Shown one piece after another: positions 1 through 7,786 of a stretch of DNA of 64,000 bases (the stretch's first letter is position 1; every line of letters begins with the position of its first letter). The notes under the pieces are model-generated. The model did no database searches and was not told the DNA's origin. It saw only the letters and a list, made by a program, of their open reading frames with translations. The stretch covers positions 1 to 64,000 of the IMG/VR virus record IMGVR_UViG_3300050821_005343. One strand, given 5' to 3'. Made by a program: the position numbers and the translations under genes. This DNA is from a virus.

Positions 1-137
1 GCTGCATCGATGCGAATGCGCTGCTCGTCGTGGTGGCAGTCGCCATAAGCGCCAATATCAGCGCCCGGAACAAGAACGATCGAGAAATCTAGATGCCCGA
101 CCTTGATGCTGGCAGGTAGCTTGGGCGCTGCCGGCAT
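1..137 (-). CDS. Phage hypothetical protein, N-terminal part (runs off the window)
   Basis: ATG at 137 with an upstream GAGG; reads MPAAPKLPASIKVGHLDFSIVLVPGADIGAYGDCHHDEQRIRIDA and stays open to base 1. Confidence 0.65.
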   Translation of the reverse strand, partial: MPAAPKLPASIKVGHLDFSIVLVPGADIGAYGDCHHDEQRIRIDA

Positions 138-322
138 GGTGGGCCTCGTGAAATTGGCGCCGCTATCCGGTGTGAGCGGAAGGTCGCGGCCGGCTGTGAA
201 GCTGGGCACTCATGCGACTTTGTTGCAGCAAATCCGAAGGCCGTGGCCAACGGAACCTGAATAAGCAAACTGGGGTTGTCTCCCCCGCTGAGCCGCCGGC
301 ACGCCGGTCGGTGGGTTGGTAA

Positions 323-399
323 TGGTTGCAGGGGAGGGACTTGAACCCCCGACCTCTTGGTTATGAGCCAAGCGAGCTACCGAGCTGCTCCACCCTGCT
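323..399 (-). tRNA. tRNA-Met(CAT), initiator (fMet)-like
   Basis: Reverse complement AGCAGGG TG GAGC AGCTCGGTA GCTC G CTTGG CTCATAA CCAAG AGGTC GGGGG TTCAAGT CCCTC CCCTGCA ACCA: full cloverleaf, encoded CCA, 1:72 mismatch, A11:U24 pair. Confidence 0.95.
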
Positions 400-430
400 A
401 TAATTGGCCGCCTAAGGGCGTCGCTGAACT

Positions 431-679
431 TTAGTAGTCTAAGTCGTCGTCTTCGTTGCTGTTATTTGCTAGCCACAGCTGGTATCCGTACAGGCGTTCG
501 CCAGTCTCTTCGTCGTACAGGCCGTGGCCGTCCTGATAATTCCCGCGCTCCGCCACGGGAATATTGTCGTCGCATTCTTCGCAGATTAAAGAATATCCGA
601 CTTCATTGTCGGTATCTGCATCGAAAGATCGTCCACAAAACCCACATATCAAAGAATCTACTATTTCAATGCTGCGCAT
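431..679 (-). CDS. Small acidic Zn-finger-like hypothetical protein
   Basis: Two CxxC motifs (CGFC, CEEC); overlaps the upstream ORF. Confidence 0.55.
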   Translation of the reverse strand: MRSIEIVDSLICGFCGRSFDADTDNEVGYSLICEECDDNIPVAERGNYQDGHGLYDEETGERLYGYQLWLANNSNEDDDLDY

Positions 680-965
680 CTAAATATAACTTTTCAGGGT
701 CGTCTAAAACGCCGTATATTTTCTCGACTACAAGCTGATGGTTGCCAGAGTTTGGAAATGCGTCTTCGCTTACGCCATTATTGTTGAGAGAGAACGGTTC
801 ATTATCGTTCAGGTATTGGTACGGGTCGCGCCTAATCGTTACGCTGCCGCCCACGCCCTTACGGACAAACGTTACCTGACGACCAGAGGCAATGAATTCG
901 CTGTAAAGACGATCGCACTCCTCGTGCTCCCTCATTTTGCTCGAGGGGACGCCAAGAATGCTCAT
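666..965 (-). CDS. Hypothetical protein
   Basis: 99-aa ORF on the coding strand. Confidence 0.5.
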   Translation of the reverse strand: MSILGVPSSKMREHEECDRLYSEFIASGRQVTFVRKGVGGSVTIRRDPYQYLNDNEPFSLNNNGVSEDAFPNSGNHQLVVEKIYGVLDDPEKLYLDAQH

Positions 966-984
966 TCAATACAGCCAATCAAAA

Positions 985-1020
985 ACAGAAAAACCCGCTC
1001 GCTTGTTATGCGGCGGGTCC
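985..1020 (-). terminator. Probable intrinsic terminator
   Basis: On the - strand, an ACCCGC...GCGGGT stem followed by TTTTCTGTTTTT. Confidence 0.5.
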
Positions 1021-1082
1021 AAAATCAAGGCGCAATTCAAGCGCCTCCATATTCGTAGGCTAGCACGTTATATAGGTATTCG

Positions 1083-1616
1083 TCAACACCTTTTTTTGCG
1101 TCCCACGCTATAAAGTGCATTCAAAGCAACCAGGCCGTCGAGCAAATGATTGTAATCATTGATGGAATGCTCAATCTCAAGAACACAAAGATTTTTCATT
1201 AAAGACGGCAAGCATAGAGCAATTCTCTTCAAAACATCATTTGATTCGTTCTCTTTGGCGCGCGTATCCCTAGCTCGCTCGGCGGCCTTCTCGTCGTCCA
1301 TCTCCTCTCCGTAGCTATCCCTACCGCCTGACCATCCGGAGTTTGTCATCCCCATCGCCTGGCGGGCCTCGAGCACGATCTCCCGATAGCGGCATCCGGC
1401 CCGGTATAGATCGCCGTGGAGGCCCCGTGACGCGCAAAACCTGCCTAGAGGGCTCTCCAGCCGTGGATCATCGCTACCCTGCCTGTGGGGCTGCGCTAGG
1501 GCCACGGACAGGGCATCGGTGCGCGCCTGGTCTTCGCGGCGTATAGGCTTGGCTTCGGCTCTGTGGCGCGCCGTGATGTCGTGCATCCACTTCTGGGCTG
1601 CCAGGGTGATTTTCAT
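1083..1616 (-). CDS. Putative late-transcription regulator (Q-position, DUF6456-like)
   Basis: Last gene of the early operon, after VRR-NUC; C-terminal LC..E...LLDGLVAL..LY pattern. Confidence 0.5.
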   Translation of the reverse strand: MKITLAAQKWMHDITARHRAEAKPIRREDQARTDALSVALAQPHRQGSDDPRLESPLGRFCASRGLHGDLYRAGCRYREIVLEARQAMGMTNSGWSGGRDSYGEEMDDEKAAERARDTRAKENESNDVLKRIALCLPSLMKNLCVLEIEHSINDYNHLLDGLVALNALYSVGRKKRC

Positions 1617-1782
1617 GACCGAAATGAAAATTCTGGTGGATTTAGTGATATGGCAAGAAGGACTCCCCACCAGCCGCCGATCTGATATCCGGCAACCACT
1701 GACATCACGGCCCAAAATATTTTCTGAAAAGAAAGCGTAAACTTGGCTGTCCTTCCATCTTCAATTTTACGTGTTACAGTAA

Positions 1783-2295
1783 TCACAACAACCCCCCAGC
1801 CGGATCACAAAACTTGGTTGCTATTTCTCGCGCTATGCTGCGCGCGTGGGCTTCATCTCGCGGCGCTACCACGAGCACCGTGTGGCCAAGCGCTGCTAGC
1901 CGATCGTGGCGGGCGTCCTGGGCGTCGGACTTCTTGCCCTTGGTGGTCTTGACCTCGAGGAACAAGATGCGGGCCGGATAGCCATATAGGCGGACGTCCG
2001 GCTCTCCAGCCTTCATGCCCATAGCCTTGCACTGCATGGCCGTCTGCGGGCTTCTGCGGGCCGCGTTCATGTCGCCCACGGCGGAGAACGCCCATCCTTC
2101 AGACTCAAGCTTGTTCCACTCAGCCATCATGTGGGCTTGCAGCAGCCACTCGGGGAGCGCTGCCGCGGCAGCCTTGCGCTTGGGCTTGGGGGCGGGGCGG
2201 GCTACCCACGGCACGTTGCTAACCGCGTTACCGGGCGAAGGCTCCCACAGCTTCACGTCTTTACGCGGCCACCCGGCAGGCTTGGACTGCCTCAC
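1783..2295 (-). CDS. VRR-NUC domain nuclease
   Basis: GMKAGEPD...FLEVKT.KG..S..Q...H..L...G motif; GTG start at 2295 overlaps the upstream stop. Confidence 0.88.
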   Translation of the reverse strand: MRQSKPAGWPRKDVKLWEPSPGNAVSNVPWVARPAPKPKRKAAAAALPEWLLQAHMMAEWNKLESEGWAFSAVGDMNAARRSPQTAMQCKAMGMKAGEPDVRLYGYPARILFLEVKTTKGKKSDAQDARHDRLAALGHTVLVVAPRDEAHARSIAREIATKFCDPAGGLL

Positions 2296-2429
2296 GACCG
2301 CAACGCCAGGATGATGTACAGAACTGCGAGATAGATAAGCACCGCTCCCACCAGCGTGTCTGCGATGTACGGTTTGGCGATGGATAAGCACGAGGCAGCC
2401 ATCGCCATCAGCGTCCAAATCACGCTCAC
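2292..2429 (-). CDS. Small membrane protein
   Basis: Hand-translated MSVIWTLMAMAASCLSIAKPYIADTLVGAVLIYLAVLYIILALRS; GTGA overlaps at both ends. Confidence 0.55.
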   Translation of the reverse strand: MSVIWTLMAMAASCLSIAKPYIADTLVGAVLIYLAVLYIILALRS

Positions 2430-2635
2430 GACCAACTCCTAAATTCCGCGCCCTCGCGCATTGCGGTCAGCGTTTCGTTGGCGCTCTTCAACTCCTGCTC
2501 GGCGAACTTCGCCTTGCAGCGGTAATAGTTCAGGGCGTCGAGGACGTTTTGGACCCGCGGCCCGTACCTCCCCAGCGGCACGACTGACCGCACCAACTCC
2601 TCGTCTTCCGGCAGCCGCTTTAGGTCGACGCTCAT
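2426..2635 (-). CDS. Hypothetical protein
   Basis: ATGA-coupled to the DUF4406 gene. Confidence 0.65.
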   Translation of the reverse strand: MSVDLKRLPEDEELVRSVVPLGRYGPRVQNVLDALNYYRCKAKFAEQELKSANETLTAMREGAEFRSWS

Positions 2636-2991
2636 AGGAACCGCTCCACAGGCTCGACGATGATCCCAAGCGCCCTACCGACCGCAGCCTCGGCCGACGC
2701 GCCCTTGCTGGCCTCCCAGCCGGGGAGAAGGGCCACAGCCTCCGACCACAGGCAGATCTGGGTCAGGTCGATGTGAAACACCGTGCGGCCGATGGTCATC
2801 TTCTCGCCGCCCATGCGCCCCTCATCGCCGTCGGCGTTGCTACGCACGTGGTCGCCGAACAGCTTGATGCTGTGCTCGGTAGGGACGAAAACCTCGTGCC
2901 ACTTGGAGCGCAGCTTGAACGCGGCGTCTGCGAACGCGGCCCGGTTGAATTCTGGATATCCGCGCATTGGACCTGCCAGGTAGATACGCAT
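2632..2991 (-). CDS. DUF4406 / nucleoside 2-deoxyribosyltransferase-like protein
   Basis: MRIYLAGPMRGYPEFN...LLPGWEASKGA.AE motif; GGAGG RBS before the ATG at 2991. Confidence 0.85.
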   Translation of the reverse strand: MRIYLAGPMRGYPEFNRAAFADAAFKLRSKWHEVFVPTEHSIKLFGDHVRSNADGDEGRMGGEKMTIGRTVFHIDLTQICLWSEAVALLPGWEASKGASAEAAVGRALGIIVEPVERFL

Positions 2992-3099
2992 GCCACCCTC
3001 CTGCGCGATTCGCGCCTGTGGCTTAGTAAGCATTTTTTGGCGTGGAGTGCAACACTGTTTTTCGGGGCGGGCGGGTTGCTGCTGCGGTTGTGGTTGCGT

Positions 3100-3310
3100 G
3101 TGGGTTTGAAGCGAAATTCCCCACACACATATATATTCCTATATTTGTCCTTTCTTTTTCGTCCTCCTCCTTCGTTCTTACTTTATTGATTCTATAATAA
3201 TATATATACATATATAGGATATAATATATAGATATATCAAACACTTAGCTGGAAAAACCATTGAAGCGAAAAACCTGCTTCAGTTTTGCTTCAATGCTTC
3301 TATGGAAACG
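3100..3310. other. Putative replication origin
   Basis: Very AT-rich tract ~3127-3247, IHF consensus TATCAAACACTTA at 3235-3247, repeated TGAAGC/GCTTCA motifs. Confidence 0.5.
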
Positions 3311-3395
3311 GCCGGCGAGGCTGTGAGGCATTGAATCCGAAATGAAGGACGCCGCTTCCTTTATCGAAAAGTCGCCTCGGACACCGGTTTACGAC

Positions 3396-3420
3396 AAAAA
3401 AAATCCCGCCGGAGCGGGAT
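3396..3420 (-). terminator. Intrinsic terminator
   Basis: ATCCCGC-TCCG-GCGGGAT hairpin followed by a T-run on the - strand. Confidence 0.75.
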
Positions 3421-3448
3421 GGAAGCGGTTTGTGGGGCGGGCTAGCGG

Positions 3449-3637
3449 CTAAGAGAAGCGGCCACCCATGCCGTTGTCAGACAGTATCTTGAGGGCCTTC
3501 CCCAGGCTCTCATATGGCTCCAACTCCTTGATCCGCTCTCCCCTCTTGCGCCAGTCGGCGATGAGGGCGCGCAGGCCGGCTGGGGAGGGAAGTGTTGCCC
3601 AGCGCTCAATATCCGCCACTATCTCCTCAACGGTCAC
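3449..3637 (-). CDS. Hypothetical protein
   Basis: GTGA-coupled small ORF. Confidence 0.6.
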   Translation of the reverse strand: MTVEEIVADIERWATLPSPAGLRALIADWRKRGERIKELEPYESLGKALKILSDNGMGGRFS

Positions 3638-4152
3638 TTCCCCTCTCCATTGCCCTTGAGGGCGGCGATGCGTGTGCGAACTGTCCGCAGGGCATAGTAA
3701 GCCGCTGATGCTGCCGCATACACGTCGCCGTCATCGGGGTGCGCGGCTTCAGCGGAATCAACCAATTCCGCCTCTACAATCTCTTCGCACTTGGCGCGCA
3801 TGGCCTCGGCGGGGTCGGGCGTGGTTGGTGGCCATTCGATGCGCGGCATCTTCATGTCCCAATCCTTGTCGATCTCGGCGGCCGCTGGAGAGCCGTTGAG
3901 GACGGCGTCGATGCGGTCAAGGACATCCTGCCCCCTGTGCCTATGATCAGCGTCAACGTCGTCCTGCACCCAGCCGCGGGCTTCCGCCAGCGCCTCCCGC
4001 AGCGCTGCGATCTCGCGAGCCTGCCTTGCGCTAAGTCTCATGCCCTCCTCCCGGATGGCGCACAGCCGCGCGATCTCGCGGTCTTTGGCGGCGAGTTCTG
4101 CGGTTAGCCTACGCTCGCGTGAGCCGCCGCTGTTAATGTGCATCTCGCTCAT
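3634..4152 (-). CDS. Hypothetical coiled-coil phage protein
   Basis: ATGA-coupled; start at MSEMH. Confidence 0.65.
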   Translation of the reverse strand: MSEMHINSGGSRERRLTAELAAKDREIARLCAIREEGMRLSARQAREIAALREALAEARGWVQDDVDADHRHRGQDVLDRIDAVLNGSPAAAEIDKDWDMKMPRIEWPPTTPDPAEAMRAKCEEIVEAELVDSAEAAHPDDGDVYAAASAAYYALRTVRTRIAALKGNGEGK

Positions 4153-4418
4153 TCTCCAAGCTCCTTGGTGATGCGGTCGCGGAGGTCGGCGTTGCAAATA
4201 CGAAGCTCTGGCACACACTCCCGCAGCAGCGCGCGGGCGGAGTCGCGCTGGGCAAAGGCACCTTCCTGCTTGTGCATTAAATCCAATCTCAAATCGGCAA
4301 GATTTCTCGCCTCGTCCCGCTCTCCCCGCGCCTTCTCCAACTCGGCGCGAAGCCGCCTAATCTCAGCCTTGTCATAGTCTGATTGAGGCGTGTCGCCTGG
4401 GTTTGTGTAATCGCTCAC
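4149..4418 (-). CDS. Hypothetical coiled-coil phage protein
   Basis: Coupled ORF with GGAGG RBS. Confidence 0.65.
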   Translation of the reverse strand: MSDYTNPGDTPQSDYDKAEIRRLRAELEKARGERDEARNLADLRLDLMHKQEGAFAQRDSARALLRECVPELRICNADLRDRITKELGE

Positions 4419-4639
4419 TTGCTTTCCTCCGCCAAGTCGGCCTCACGCTGCGCCAGCCCGACGCTGCGCCCGAACCTATAGACATCGCGCAGCAGGATAG
4501 CGTCTTCGGCGCCGTACACCGGGCCGATTATTAGTTTGGCAAGGGCCGACCTCATGACCAACGGCTGCTGGTCATACTCGTCGCGATAGCCCTTCTTGAA
4601 GGCCAGCTCGAGCCATTCCAGACCTTGGGCGCGGGTCAC
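4415..4639 (-). CDS. Hypothetical protein
   Basis: GTG start overlapping the upstream TGA. Confidence 0.55.
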   Translation of the reverse strand: MTRAQGLEWLELAFKKGYRDEYDQQPLVMRSALAKLIIGPVYGAEDAILLRDVYRFGRSVGLAQREADLAEESK

Positions 4640-4857
4640 TTGGCCGGCTCCAGCGGCGAGGCGCGGAGCATGGCTGAGTAGACCTCCCGCACGTAGCCGT
4701 TCTCGAACGCACAATCTCCAGCCTCGCTCATCTCCGCCGTCACCGTCTCAAGCGTGCGGCGGACTTCGGCGAGGATGTCCTCTACGTATTCCCGACGGCT
4801 TGCGTATAGCTTGCCGTTGCTCAGGATGCGTTCCACCAACTCCTCATATGCGCTCAT
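4636..4857 (-). CDS. Hypothetical protein (paralog of 5180-5380)
   Basis: MSAYEELVER...LAEVRRTLE; GGAGG RBS. Confidence 0.65.
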   Translation of the reverse strand: MSAYEELVERILSNGKLYASRREYVEDILAEVRRTLETVTAEMSEAGDCAFENGYVREVYSAMLRASPLEPAK

Positions 4858-5183
4858 CCCACCACCTCCGGTTGCTGAAACACCGACGAAATGCGAAGCG
4901 TGCAAGTCGGCGTCGTGCGGTAGTACGGCTCGAGGGCATCCTTGCCGAGCAGTTCGCACAGCGCCTTGGTGTCCAGCGTCTTGCGCTCGCCTGTGTCCAC
5001 GCTGATCCGGTAGTGACTGCCCTGCGCGATCTCGATGCCGCGGCGCTTGGCCTCCTCCTTGAGCGCGTTCAAGCGAGCCGTGGCTGCCTTGGCTATGGCG
5101 TCCTGTTGGCCGATCTCGTCGGCCAGGTAGTCGTTGGTGAAGTTGTGCATGTTGGGCGCCGCTGGGCGCGTGTGGGCATTCAT
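4854..5183 (-). CDS. Hypothetical phage protein
   Basis: Coupled ORF; LADEIG...RKTLDTKAL pattern common in phage early regions. Confidence 0.65.
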   Translation of the reverse strand: MNAHTRPAAPNMHNFTNDYLADEIGQQDAIAKAATARLNALKEEAKRRGIEIAQGSHYRISVDTGERKTLDTKALCELLGKDALEPYYRTTPTCTLRISSVFQQPEVVG

Positions 5184-5380
5184 GACTGCACCGTGGGGTT
5201 GAGGGGGCAACTATCCAGCCAATCAAGAATGGTGCGTGCTAAGGGCGTTTGCTCTCGTTCGGCGGCGTCCTCAAGCGTGCGTCGGACTTCGGCGAGGACG
5301 ACCCTAACCCATGTGTCCAGATCCCAAGCGCTAGGAGCGGCAATCATGCACCGCTCCACCAATTCCTCATATGCATTCAT
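5180..5380 (-). CDS. Hypothetical protein (paralog of 4636-4857)
   Basis: MNAYEELVER...LAEVRRTLE. Confidence 0.65.
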   Translation of the reverse strand: MNAYEELVERCMIAAPSAWDLDTWVRVVLAEVRRTLEDAAEREQTPLARTILDWLDSCPLNPTVQS

Positions 5381-5742
5381 GACCTTGCCTCCAAAGCCGC
5401 TAGAGCGGCAGCAACAATTGGTCCCATTTCTATGCGCCGCGGCGTGCGGTAAACATGCGGCTCGGTTGTTTCGGCATCATCTCGCCTGCTTTTCTCGTAT
5501 CGTCTGCGCCGTAGTTCTGCCTTGGTCTTCCTCGGCTTGAGGGGCGGCCTAGCTTGCGGACGCATACAGCCGCAGTGCCAAATAGCGCCGGTACGCAGAT
5601 GATCTCCGAGTACCGAATGCAATTGTCCGCAGTCGCATTCGCAAAACCAATATGCACGGTTAGTTACTGGTCGCTGGTGGCGGTTTACTACGAACAGCAT
5701 CCCGTAGCGTTTGCCAGTCTCGTCAATTAGCAGTTTGTTCAC
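5377..5742 (-). CDS. Homing-endonuclease-associated Cys domain protein without a nuclease domain
   Basis: DxTGKRYG.L.V...W.C.CDCG...L..G....CGC motif of AP2/HNH-associated N-termini. Confidence 0.65.
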   Translation of the reverse strand: MNKLLIDETGKRYGMLFVVNRHQRPVTNRAYWFCECDCGQLHSVLGDHLRTGAIWHCGCMRPQARPPLKPRKTKAELRRRRYEKSRRDDAETTEPHVYRTPRRIEMGPIVAAALAALEARS

Positions 5743-5923
5743 TACGCCCTCCTCGTAGCCATCGCGCGTGTCGTTCGCGCCACGACATCACCACGCTTCC
5801 ACCCTGCGGGATGGTGCGGTAGATGTGCAGATTGACAAACGGCTCGTCGCGGTCGAGGCGGTGGCCTTGAAAGTTGATTCGAGGCTCTTTTAGATAGGTT
5901 TCTGCGTAGGTGCGTCGGGTCAC
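5723..5923 (-). CDS. Hypothetical protein
   Basis: Coupled small ORF. Confidence 0.5.
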   Translation of the reverse strand: MTRRTYAETYLKEPRINFQGHRLDRDEPFVNLHIYRTIPQGGSVVMSWRERHARWLRGGRSEQTAN

Positions 5924-6276
5924 GCCGCAACTCCCGCATACCCCGGCTCGCCGTACATCGGCTGCAGGCGGCGTAACGTTTGCTGGTGGTACGCAACCCA
6001 GTCGATTAGCGCTGTGCGCTGCCAGTAGAGCAGACGACCGCCGAATGAATTGAAGGCTTCGGTTAGCGTTACTTGAATGTCGCTTATGAAGACCTGGACG
6101 GTGGCTTCTAGCAGCAGGCGCGAACCGTCGCTGAGTGTCCAGCTGTCGGCGGAGTAGGTGACTTCAGCGCTGTGCTGTGTTGGGACGCGGTCGCGCGCAA
6201 CAAAGCCACTATCGGTCTGCTCGATCACCCTGTTGGTGGGCTTGAAATCCCACTTGTCGCATTTGTCGGAGGTCAT
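5920..6276 (-). CDS. Hypothetical protein
   Basis: ATGA-coupled, with RBS. Confidence 0.6.
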   Translation of the reverse strand: MTSDKCDKWDFKPTNRVIEQTDSGFVARDRVPTQHSAEVTYSADSWTLSDGSRLLLEATVQVFISDIQVTLTEAFNSFGGRLLYWQRTALIDWVAYHQQTLRRLQPMYGEPGYAGVAA

Positions 6277-6461
6277 CGGCTCGTCCTCTTCTCAAAATCC
6301 TGAAGCGGCCATGCGTGCTGGAGCGCCCTGTCGAAGCGGTCGCGTACTTCCTGCAGGCGAAGGGCGTGCAACGTGGGGAATTCTGACTCTGAGATGAAGT
6401 CATCCTTCTTCTCAAGAAGTTGAGTGGCTAGGACAGCCATGTCCGGCCGGAAGGCGTTCAT
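6273..6461 (-). CDS. Hypothetical protein
   Basis: ATGA-coupled. Confidence 0.55.
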   Translation of the reverse strand: MNAFRPDMAVLATQLLEKKDDFISESEFPTLHALRLQEVRDRFDRALQHAWPLQDFEKRTSR

Positions 6462-6685
6462 GACTCGGACTCCACTTTGGCGAGGATGGCGTTGATGCGG
6501 GTGCGCACTACCGGAGTGGACCCGGTTGGCCAGCGCTCGTCGATATATTCAAGTTGGCGGTCAGCCTCCTTCACCGCCGCGACCAGCTCCGCGATCTGAT
6601 CCTGAAGATCGTCAACCGTCTTCATCCACGGCCAGAATATTAAATCATCATGTTGCTTCTTTAGGTCTCTCCAACGGTCGGTCAT
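6458..6685 (-). CDS. Hypothetical coiled-coil protein
   Basis: ATGA-coupled; start at MTDRW. Confidence 0.55.
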   Translation of the reverse strand: MTDRWRDLKKQHDDLIFWPWMKTVDDLQDQIAELVAAVKEADRQLEYIDERWPTGSTPVVRTRINAILAKVESES

Positions 6686-6906
6686 TGGACCCACCACAAG
6701 ATGATAGATGTGATAAAGAAGCCGATAATAAATGCCGAGATCACCGCCACCGAGCCGATGATGCGGTATTTACAGCGCTCGCTCATTTGCCAACGATGCA
6801 CAGTCTTGATGGCGTGCTCTGTCGTTTCCTCAAGTAGCCCTTCAGCCTCAAGTAAATCTTCAAGGCTAGAACCGAAGTGAGGATTTCGGTCTGCGTGCTC
6901 GTTCAT
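6682..6906 (-). CDS. Membrane-anchored protein with an antitoxin-like N-terminus
   Basis: NPHFGSSLEDLLEAEGLLEE....AIK.V..WQ followed by one TM helix. Confidence 0.6.
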   Translation of the reverse strand: MNEHADRNPHFGSSLEDLLEAEGLLEETTEHAIKTVHRWQMSERCKYRIIGSVAVISAFIIGFFITSIILWWVQ

Positions 6907-7052
6907 TGTCCCGCTCCCTGATGGTATTCGTGGCAGCCGCGATCGGCGGCTTCGTCAACTTCCTGTCCCAAGCACTTCGCGCAGCAGCGGTCGTAGCTAG
7001 CTGACCAATCCCAGTCTTGGGTGGCTTCCCCGCAGTCGTCGCACTTAATCAC
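6903..7052 (-). CDS. Small Zn-finger protein
   Basis: Hand-translated MIKCDDCGEATQDWDWSASYDRCCAKCLGQEVDEAADRGCHEYHQGAGQ. Confidence 0.5.
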   Translation of the reverse strand: MIKCDDCGEATQDWDWSASYDRCCAKCLGQEVDEAADRGCHEYHQGAGQ

Positions 7053-7074
7053 CCGTCTTGCTCCATTTCTCGTT

Positions 7075-7175
7075 TACAGTACGAATTTAGCACGACCAAA
7101 AATGGAGTCAAGATAGAAAATTAGCCTGTCAATACTTTTTTTCGCTTGACATGCCATTTCCGGAGCGTAAGGTGG
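7075..7175. promoter_or_regulatory. Divergent sigma70-like promoters
   Basis: Leftward TTGACT (~7106-7111) and TTGACA (~7127-7132), rightward TTGACA (7146-7151) with TAAGGT; the coding strand switches here. Confidence 0.6.
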
Positions 7176-7282
7176 GCGCGTGGGGAAAAGCTAGCCCTAA
7201 AGGCCCACGGCCCTACCCCGCTAGACGGCCGACGCTTCCCTCTCCCGGCGGCGTCGGCCGCGACCTAAAAGGAGGACAGGGG

Positions 7283-7453
7283 ATGGAAAAGCCCAAGTTC
7301 GTTGTCGGGCAGACTGTGACGCGCGGCGGTAAGACCTACATCATTACTTACGTTCTCGATGACAGAACTTCCACTGGCGTCGTTCGCTACCTCGCAACTC
7401 TTCAGGGGCGTAGCGTTATAATCATCGAAACAGGCTTGAGGGCAGTAGAATGA
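7283..7453 (+). CDS. Small hypothetical protein
   Basis: AGGAGG RBS, then MEKPKFVVGQTV... Confidence 0.65.
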   Translation: MEKPKFVVGQTVTRGGKTYIITYVLDDRTSTGVVRYLATLQGRSVIIIETGLRAVE

Positions 7454-7674
7454 CCGACGAGGAGCGGGCGGCAATGCTGTCCGGAGGCATCGCCGAGCTT
7501 GAGCCGGCCATAGAACGAGCCCTCGCCGCCGTCCGCGCAGAGGAGAGAGAGGCGTGCGCGAAGGTGGCGGCTGATCATCTTATTTTTGAAGAGCAATACG
7601 GAGACGATGCCGGGGCGGGTGCTGACGCCTCGCGCAGCATCGCCGACGCCATCCGCGCTAGGTCCGCGCAATGA
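7450..7674 (+). CDS. Hypothetical phage protein (EREACAKVA motif)
   Basis: ATGA-coupled; EREACAKVA...IADAIRAR is a common phage motif. Confidence 0.7.
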   Translation: MTDEERAAMLSGGIAELEPAIERALAAVRAEEREACAKVAADHLIFEEQYGDDAGAGADASRSIADAIRARSAQ

Positions 7675-7786
7675 CCCGCCACTTTCTAGTTTCTATCGAC
7701 GGCGCCGCGTGTGTCCATTTGACTCTGGCGCAATATGTTGTGGCGTGCGAGCGCGCCATAGCAGAAGGCAAGCCGGCGCCGCGAAT

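Noticed and set aside
4596-5540. 314-aa + strand ORF and similar long antisense ORFs (e.g. 60943-61773, 62707-63583)
   Set aside because: They overlap well-supported coupled - strand genes and are expected by chance in GC-rich DNA.
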